A DNA stretch of 64,000 bases from contig NZ_FOYS01000001.1 in the NCBI RefSeq assembly GCF_900115785.1, positions 875,582-939,581 of the forward strand, in the 5' to 3' direction. Made by a program: the position numbers and the translations under genes. The notes beneath the pieces were generated by a model. That model made no database searches, was not told where the DNA came from, and saw only the letters and a list, made by a program, of their open reading frames with translations. This DNA comes from Halogeometricum limi. Lineage in GTDB: Archaea; Halobacteriota; Halobacteria; Halobacteriales; Haloferacaceae. Position 1 is the first letter of the stretch. Each line of letters opens with the position of its first letter. Below are positions 58,328 through 64,000 of the stretch, piece by piece.

Positions 58328-60088
58328 CTACCGGTCTCTATCGGACTCGTGTCGGATGACGTTCCCCTCGTAGACGACGCCGCGTTCGGCGTGGAGGGTG
58401 ACCTCCGTCCCGGACTCGACGCTCTCGGGGAGCGGTGCGCCCGATATCATCGGGATGTCGAGTTCGCGGGCGACGAGCGCCGGATAGCCGGTCATCCCGG
58501 CGCGGGCGTCGATGATGCCGCCGAGTTTCTTCGCGTCGCCGTCGAACTCGCCGTCGAAGTCCGCGGGCAGCGCGAGCAGTGCGCCCTCGGGGACGTCGGT
58601 CAGGTCGCCGTCGGCGGAGATAGCCAGCGGACCGGCGACGCGGCCGCCGACGACTTTCCGCCCGGTGGCGACGGCTTCGGCGGCGACGTGGACTTTGAGC
58701 ATGTTCGTCGTGTTCGTGCCCTCCAACTCGGTCATCATCCCCGAGAGGACGACCAGCGTGTCGCCGGACTCGGCCGCCTCGGCGTCGAGGGCGGCCTCGA
58801 CGGCGTCGTCCATCATCTCGTCGACGCCCTCGCGGTAGTCGGCGTACTTCGGGATGACGCCCCACGAGAGCGTGAGTTGTCGGCGGACGCGGTCGTTCGG
58901 CGTCGTCGCGACGACGGGCACCGCGGGGCGGAACTTCGCCGTCTTCCGCGCGGTGTACCCGGATTCGGAGGCGGCGACGATGGCGCTCGCGCTCACGTCC
59001 CGAGCGAGGTATCGGGCCGACCGGGCCAGCGCTTCGGTCCGCGAGTCGTCCTCGGCGACGGGGACGTGCTGTTCTTGGTTCTCGTCGTACTCGTCGCAGG
59101 ATTCGACCTGTTGGACGATGCGGTCCATCGTCTCGACGACGCGGACGGGGTTGTCGCCGATGGCCGTCTCACCCGACAGCATCACGGCGTCGGTGCCGTC
59201 CAGGACGGCGTTCGCCACGTCGGACGCCTCCGCGCGCGTCGGCCGTCGCGAGTGAATCATCGAGTCGAGCATCTCCGTCGCCGTGATGACGGGCGTCCCC
59301 GTCGCGTGACACCGGCGGATGATGCGTTTCTGGATGATGGGTACCTCTTCGAGGGGCATCTCCACGCCGAGGTCACCGCGGGCGACCATCACGCCGTAAG
59401 AGGCTTCGACTATCTCTTCGAGGTTCTCGACGGCGCCCGCGCGCTCTATCTTCGCGACGACGGGGATGTCCGCGCCGAGGTTCTCCAGCGCATCGCTGAT
59501 GGTGTAGACGTCCTCCGCGGACCGGACGAACGAGGCGGCGACGAAGTCGGCGTTCTTCTCGGCGGCGACTTCGAGTTCGCGCTGGTCGCCCTCCGTGATG
59601 AGGTCGATGTCGAGTTTGACGCCCGGGAGGTTCACTCCCTTCCGACTGCCGAGTTCGCCGCCGGAGTCGACGTGAGCGACGACGACCCCGTCCTCGACGC
59701 GGGTGACGGTGGCTTCGATGCGGCCGTCGTCTAAGAGGACCGTGTCGCCCCGTTCGGCGGCGTCGATGGGGTACGAGAGACCGATTTCCTCCGGCGTCGC
59801 GTCGTCTCCCTCGACGAAGCGAACCTCGCTATCCGTCTCGAGTCGGATGGGGTCGTCGATGGGTGCGGTGCGCACCTCGGGGCCCTGCAGGTCAACCATC
59901 GCCGCGAGGGGTTCTTCGGTGCCCTCGTCGACGGTTCGGATTCGCTCGATGACCTCCGCTCTGTGCTCCGGCGTGCCGTGACTGGCGTTCAGTCGGGCCA
60001 CACTCATCCCGGCGTCGGAGAGTGCCCGAATCGTCGCCTGGTCGTCGGACGCGGGTCCGAGCGTACAGACGATTTTCGCGTTTCTCAT
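58328..60088 (-). CDS. pyk: Pyruvate kinase with a C-terminal PEP-utilising (mobile) domain
   Basis: N-terminal KIVCTLGPA and the MVARGDLG motif. 586 aa including the C-terminal swivel domain. Confidence 0.9.
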   Translation of the reverse strand: MRNAKIVCTLGPASDDQATIRALSDAGMSVARLNASHGTPEHRAEVIERIRTVDEGTEEPLAAMVDLQGPEVRTAPIDDPIRLETDSEVRFVEGDDATPEEIGLSYPIDAAERGDTVLLDDGRIEATVTRVEDGVVVAHVDSGGELGSRKGVNLPGVKLDIDLITEGDQRELEVAAEKNADFVAASFVRSAEDVYTISDALENLGADIPVVAKIERAGAVENLEEIVEASYGVMVARGDLGVEMPLEEVPIIQKRIIRRCHATGTPVITATEMLDSMIHSRRPTRAEASDVANAVLDGTDAVMLSGETAIGDNPVRVVETMDRIVQQVESCDEYDENQEQHVPVAEDDSRTEALARSARYLARDVSASAIVAASESGYTARKTAKFRPAVPVVATTPNDRVRRQLTLSWGVIPKYADYREGVDEMMDDAVEAALDAEAAESGDTLVVLSGMMTELEGTNTTNMLKVHVAAEAVATGRKVVGGRVAGPLAISADGDLTDVPEGALLALPADFDGEFDGDAKKLGGIIDARAGMTGYPALVARELDIPMISGAPLPESVESGTEVTLHAERGVVYEGNVIRHESDRDR

Positions 60089-60231
60089 AGCACGGAATAG
60101 CAGTCACCTCCTAAAAAAGCCCGACGATAGCACTACTCTCGTGGTAAAAATTCATGTACTACTAACGTGTCGATACGAAACAATTTGCGTCGGAGGACGA
60201 CCGTTATCTCCGCTCGGGACCAGATGGACGT

Positions 60232-61059
60232 ATGGACACAGGAGAGCGGCGTCGCCGTCCCGACGGGGGTGAGACGGGGAGCGACGACCGGCGGACGACG
60301 ACTGTCGGCGAATCGACGAACGCGTCCGCGATTCGCGGCGACGGCGGTATCGTCCCGGCGGACCGGACGCCGACGTGGCGCGACCGGAAGGCGCGGACGA
60401 CGGGCCTCGCGCGACTCACCTACGAGTACTTCGAGCGCTCGCGGTACGAAGACCAAGTACTCAGAGCGCAGTCGGCGTACGTCGAACGCGACGTGCTCGC
60501 GTTTCCGACGTGGCCCCACGAGACGGTCAGAAACATGTCTATCGCGAGTTTCTTCGTCGGGATGATTCTGTTTCTCTCGGCGATGCTCCCTCCGCATATC
60601 GGCGCGCCCGCGAACCCGAGTTCCACCCCGGCCATCATTTTGCCCGACTGGTATCTCTACTGGTCGTTCGGCCTGCTCAAACTCGACCCCATCAACCCCG
60701 AGTTGGCCGTCCTCGGCGGGCAGAAACTGATGGCCGACCGGACGTTCGGCGTCCTCGCGAACGTCGTCGTCGTGGGCTTTCTCGCGATGGTGCCGTTCCT
60801 CAACAAGGGGTCGGCGCGCAGACCGGTCGAGCAGCCGTTCTGGGCCGCTCTCGGCGTCGGCGGCGTCGTCTTCGCGTTCACCATCAGCGTGCTGTCGGTG
60901 AAGAACCTCGTCCCCATGGACCCGAACGTCCTGTTCGACCTGACGTTCCTCGCGCCCGTCGTCGCCGGCATCGTCACCTACGCGGTGCTGAAGACGATGC
61001 GCGAGGGGTACATGTACGACCTGAACCGGCGGTACTACAGACTCCGGCCGCCTCGGTGA
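60232..61059 (+). CDS. Cytochrome b C-terminal domain protein (PetD/subunit IV-like) of a cytochrome bc complex
   Basis: TPAIILPDWYLYWSFGLLKL corresponds to the PEWY-type motif of cytochrome b/PetD. Three TM helices. The N-terminal 80 aa are basic and disordered, so the start is uncertain. Confidence 0.6.
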   Translation: MDTGERRRRPDGGETGSDDRRTTTVGESTNASAIRGDGGIVPADRTPTWRDRKARTTGLARLTYEYFERSRYEDQVLRAQSAYVERDVLAFPTWPHETVRNMSIASFFVGMILFLSAMLPPHIGAPANPSSTPAIILPDWYLYWSFGLLKLDPINPELAVLGGQKLMADRTFGVLANVVVVGFLAMVPFLNKGSARRPVEQPFWAALGVGGVVFAFTISVLSVKNLVPMDPNVLFDLTFLAPVVAGIVTYAVLKTMREGYMYDLNRRYYRLRPPR

Positions 61060-61394
61060 GTCTCCTGTCTCGGCATCTCGTCGGGCACCCACTCGGGGCG
61101 CGCCCCGCCGTACTCGACGCGCCACTCGCCGTACTCTTTCTCGTCGGCCAGCGACCACACGATGTCTTCGAGGACGGGTGCGTCCACGACGTACGCGCCG
61201 TCGGTACGGCCGGTGAAGCGCACGTCGAACGACCCGTCGCCCTGGTCGTGGACGGCGACGCGGTGGACGCCGTCGCGAATCTCCTTCGGGACCGACGCGA
61301 CGAATCGGAAACTCGCCGCGGCGAGGCCGGGAGAGAGGCGGATGGGAGGGCCGCGTTCGAGGGATACGTCGACACTCGTGAGACCGAAGTACAT
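61035..61394 (-). CDS. Hypothetical acidic protein
   Basis: 119-aa ORF. It overlaps the convergent upstream gene by 25 nt. Confidence 0.4.
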   Translation of the reverse strand: MYFGLTSVDVSLERGPPIRLSPGLAAASFRFVASVPKEIRDGVHRVAVHDQGDGSFDVRFTGRTDGAYVVDAPVLEDIVWSLADEKEYGEWRVEYGGARPEWVPDEMPRQETHRGGRSL

Positions 61395-61501
61395 GGATAC
61401 TCACTATCTATTCACGAATGAAAACTGTTCGGGGTCGGACGGGGGTTCCCGAACGGAAGACTGCCATCACGTTTTAGCACGAGACGCTTCACCTCCGACC
61501 T

Positions 61502-61738
61502 ATGCAACACGTCACAGACGACGTCGTCGGCAAGCACGTAGTCGGCCCGAACGGCGAACGAATCGGCAAAGTCACCGGCGTTCAGGACGGCAAGGCGATG
61601 CTGAAGGGCGAGACGGGCGTCTCCGCCGACATGGAGGACGCCTTCCGAAACGACGACGACGAAGCGCTCTCGGTCACCGCCGACCAGATCGTCGAAGTGA
61701 CCGACGACGAGGTTCGCGTCGACGTCGACTCGCGGTAG
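61502..61738 (+). CDS. PRC-barrel domain protein
   Basis: VVGKHVVGPNGERIGKVTGV is typical of the PRC barrel. 78 aa. Confidence 0.65.
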   Translation: MQHVTDDVVGKHVVGPNGERIGKVTGVQDGKAMLKGETGVSADMEDAFRNDDDEALSVTADQIVEVTDDEVRVDVDSR

Positions 61739-61794
61739 TCGGACGCGACCGAAGCGGAGAGAAGAGACGGAAGAGACGAGACGGGCGGCGTCGG

Positions 61795-63867
61795 TTACCG
61801 GACGCGCGTCCCGGGTTCGGCGTCGCCGTGCGTCGTCAACAGGTCGGCCTGTTCGCCGGCGGCCAGCACCATGCCGTTGGACTCGACGCCGAACAGTTCG
61901 GCCTTCTCCAGGTTGGCGACGACGACCACCTTCTTACCGGGCAGTTCGTCGAGGTCGTGGAGTTGCTTGATGCCCGCGACGATCTGTCGTTCTTCGACGC
62001 CGATGTCGACGGTCAGTTTCGCGAGTTTGTCCGCGCCGTCGATACCCTCGGCGTCGAGAATCTCGGCGACGCGCAGGTCGAGTTCTTGGAACTCCTCGAA
62101 GCCGATTCGGCCTTCGAGCAGGGGTTCGTGTTCGTCGCTCACGTCTTCACTCGAACCGTCGGCGGCCTCGTCAGTTTCGGTTTCGTCCGCGGCCGTCGCC
62201 GCCGCGACGCGCGATTCGAGTTTCTCGTTCAGTTCCTCGACGCGTTCTTCTTCTATCTTCTCGAACAGTTCGGACGGTTCGCCGAACGATGCGGCGGGCG
62301 CGTCGAGTGCCGCCTCCACGCCGGCGGCGTGCACGTCGTCGTCCTCGTTCAGGTCGTTCCAGAGTTGCTCGGCCTTGCCGGGCGCGAGGGGTTCGAGGAG
62401 GACGGCGACGGCTTTCGCCACCTGCACGCAGTCGCGGATGACCTGTGCTTTCTCCGCGCCGTCGTCGAGTTTCCACGGTTCGTTCCGCTGGATGTACTCG
62501 TTGCCGAACTGGGCGAGTCGGACCACGCTGTTTCCGACTTCGCGGACGGAGTAGTCGTTCACGCCCGCTTCGAACTCCTCGATGGCCGTTTCGATTCGCT
62601 CGCGAACCTCGTCGGAGAGGTCAGCCTCGGGGGTGCCCTCGTACTCGCGGTAGGCGAACAGCATCGACCGGTAGAGGAAGTTGCCGACGGTGCCGACGAG
62701 TTCGTTGTTCACTCTGTCGCGGAACTTCTCCCACGAGAAGTCCACGTCCTGCTGGAACCCGCCGTTCGTGGCGAGGTAGTAGCGGATGAGCGCGGGGTCG
62801 AAGCCCTCCTCCAGATACTCGTCGGCCCAGACGGCGCGGTTGCGAGAGGTGGAGAAGCCCTTCCCGTTGAGCGTGATGAACCCGGAGGCCATGACGGCGC
62901 GCGGTTCGACGTGGCCCGTCGCGTGCAGCATCGCCGGCCAGAAGACGGTGTGGTGCTGGATGATGTCGCGGCCGATGATGTGGACGATGTCGCCCGACTC
63001 CTTCCACGCCTCCTCCCAGTCGAAGACGTCGGCACCGACGCGGTCCGTGTACTGCTTCGTCGAGGCGATGTACTCGATGGGGGCGTCCACCCAGACGTAG
63101 AGGACGAGGTCCGATTCGGACTCTCCGGGGTAGTCGATACCCCAGTCCATGTCGCGGGTGATACACCAGTCCTGCAGTTCGCCTTCTATCCACTCGCGGG
63201 GTTGGTTCTGCGCGTTCGACGTTCCTTCGAGACGGTCGATGAACTCGCCGAGGTAGTCCTGCAGTTCGGACACCTCGAAGAAGCGGTGGCTCCGTTCGCG
63301 GTACTCGGCGGCGTTGCCCGTGAGCGTCGAGACGGGGTCTTCTATCTCGCCGGGTTCGAGGTGACGACCACAGCCCTCGTCGCACTCGTCGCCGCGGGCG
63401 TGTTCGCCGCAGTACGGACAGGTTCCCTCGACGTAGCGGTCCGGAAGCCACTGGTCGGCCTCGGGGTCGTACGCGACGGGAATCTCCTTCTCGTAGACGT
63501 AGCCCGCCTCCTCGAGGTCACGGACCAACTGCTTCGTCAGTTCCGTGTTCGTCTCGTCGTGGGTGTGGCCGTAGTTGTCGAACTCGACTTCGAACTTCGG
63601 GAACGTCTCCTCGTACTTCTCGTGGTGTCGCAGGGCGAACTCCTCGGGGGTGACGCCCTCCTTCGCGGCGTTGACGGCGACGGGCGTGCCGTGCATGTCC
63701 GACCCGCTGACGAACGCCGTCTCTTGGCCGAGTCGTTTCAGCGCGCGACTGTAGATGTCGCCGCCGACGTACGTCCGGAGGTGGCCGATGTGCAGGTCAC
63801 CGTTCGCGTACGGCAACCCGCAGGTCACCACCGCCGGATTCTCCGTGGGGAAGTCTTCGTGGCTCAT
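61795..63867 (-). CDS. metG: Methionine--tRNA ligase with a C-terminal tRNA-binding (EMAP-like) domain
   Basis: HIGH motif (ANGDLHIGH), KMSKS-equivalent region and Zn knuckles (CPYCGEH...CDEGCG). The ATG at 63867 was chosen. Confidence 0.9.
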   Translation of the reverse strand: MSHEDFPTENPAVVTCGLPYANGDLHIGHLRTYVGGDIYSRALKRLGQETAFVSGSDMHGTPVAVNAAKEGVTPEEFALRHHEKYEETFPKFEVEFDNYGHTHDETNTELTKQLVRDLEEAGYVYEKEIPVAYDPEADQWLPDRYVEGTCPYCGEHARGDECDEGCGRHLEPGEIEDPVSTLTGNAAEYRERSHRFFEVSELQDYLGEFIDRLEGTSNAQNQPREWIEGELQDWCITRDMDWGIDYPGESESDLVLYVWVDAPIEYIASTKQYTDRVGADVFDWEEAWKESGDIVHIIGRDIIQHHTVFWPAMLHATGHVEPRAVMASGFITLNGKGFSTSRNRAVWADEYLEEGFDPALIRYYLATNGGFQQDVDFSWEKFRDRVNNELVGTVGNFLYRSMLFAYREYEGTPEADLSDEVRERIETAIEEFEAGVNDYSVREVGNSVVRLAQFGNEYIQRNEPWKLDDGAEKAQVIRDCVQVAKAVAVLLEPLAPGKAEQLWNDLNEDDDVHAAGVEAALDAPAASFGEPSELFEKIEEERVEELNEKLESRVAAATAADETETDEAADGSSEDVSDEHEPLLEGRIGFEEFQELDLRVAEILDAEGIDGADKLAKLTVDIGVEERQIVAGIKQLHDLDELPGKKVVVVANLEKAELFGVESNGMVLAAGEQADLLTTHGDAEPGTRVR

Positions 63868-63905
63868 GGTGGTTCGTGTCTGGTGATTCGTGGTGGCGGG
63901 ACCAA

Positions 63906-64000
63906 AACGCCGTCGGGTTCGCTCGGACTCGCTACGCTCGTCCTCGCTCCCCGACGAGTTCTCGCTCACTTCGCTCGCGAGAACGCCGTCGGGTTCGCTC
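63906..64000. repeat. 19-nt perfect direct repeat AACGCCGTCGGGTTCGCTC (63906-63924 and 63982-64000) upstream of metG, truncated by the window edge
   Basis: Read directly from the sequence; period 76 nt. The intervening sequence is rich in CTCGCT. Confidence 0.6.

Noticed and set aside
60106-60112. GGAGGTG Shine-Dalgarno-like sequence upstream of the pyruvate kinase gene
   Set aside because: It lies about 18-24 nt upstream of the ATG, which is too far for a functional SD. Haloarchaeal transcripts are mostly leaderless or SD-independent.
1-64000. Search for CRISPR arrays, rRNA genes, tRNA genes and IS elements or transposases
   Set aside because: No regularly spaced repeats, no rRNA or tRNA-like conserved blocks, and no transposase-like ORFs were seen in any frame.

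Overview
This is a 64-kb window of high-GC (about 67-70%) haloarchaeal chromosome; acidic proteomes, Tat/lipobox signals and N-glycosylation sequons are consistent with a Haloferax-like euryarchaeon. It is densely packed, with about 67 protein genes, many translationally coupled or leaderless. I found no rRNA, tRNA, CRISPR array or obvious IS element.

Main coding content, in order along the window:
- (1) A Tad/type IV pilus-like operon at the left edge: a TadA/FlaI-family ATPase, a TadC/FlaJ-family membrane platform, four small-to-large membrane-anchored proteins and a 1000-aa uncharacterised protein.
- (2) Housekeeping genes: an SDR epimerase, a DHH phosphoesterase, an aldo/keto reductase, an MFS transporter, a GpgS-like glycosyltransferase, a NUDIX hydrolase, a creatininase-family protein, an FAD oxidoreductase, Hsp20, a GNAT acetyltransferase and a radical SAM protein.
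- (3) A 524-aa thermosome subunit (cct3-like).
- (4) NMN adenylyltransferase (nadM), archaeal LonB protease plus a CPBP protease, and trpCBA with archaeal aroA', aroB' and aroD (aromatic amino-acid biosynthesis).
- (5) PPK2, an AlkZ-like glycosylase, a TFB paralog, a BtuF-like binding protein, a YjjX NTPase and a GT2-flippase fusion.
- (6) An NfeD-SPFH (stomatin) pair, a Mrr-nuclease-domain/TM/extracellular fusion next to a Thr/Pro-rich surface glycoprotein, pyruvate kinase, a PetD-like cytochrome b C-terminal protein and metG.

Most interesting non-coding or unusual signals:
- (a) A 113-nt GC-rich four-stem element (24785-24897): a 12-bp closing stem around three perfect 8-10-bp hairpins, sitting directly after the TRAM gene stop.
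- (b) A lower-GC island of about 1.5 kb (14955-16440) carrying a DoxX gene, 640 bp of non-coding DNA, and two perfect palindromes sharing a GACTAGTC core either side of a TATA box.
- (c) 17-nt direct repeats flanking a 387-bp mini-cassette that encodes a small wHTH-like protein.
- (d) The unusual Mrr-like membrane fusion protein.
- (e) An alkyltransferase-like MGMT-family protein whose active-site Cys is replaced by Asp.
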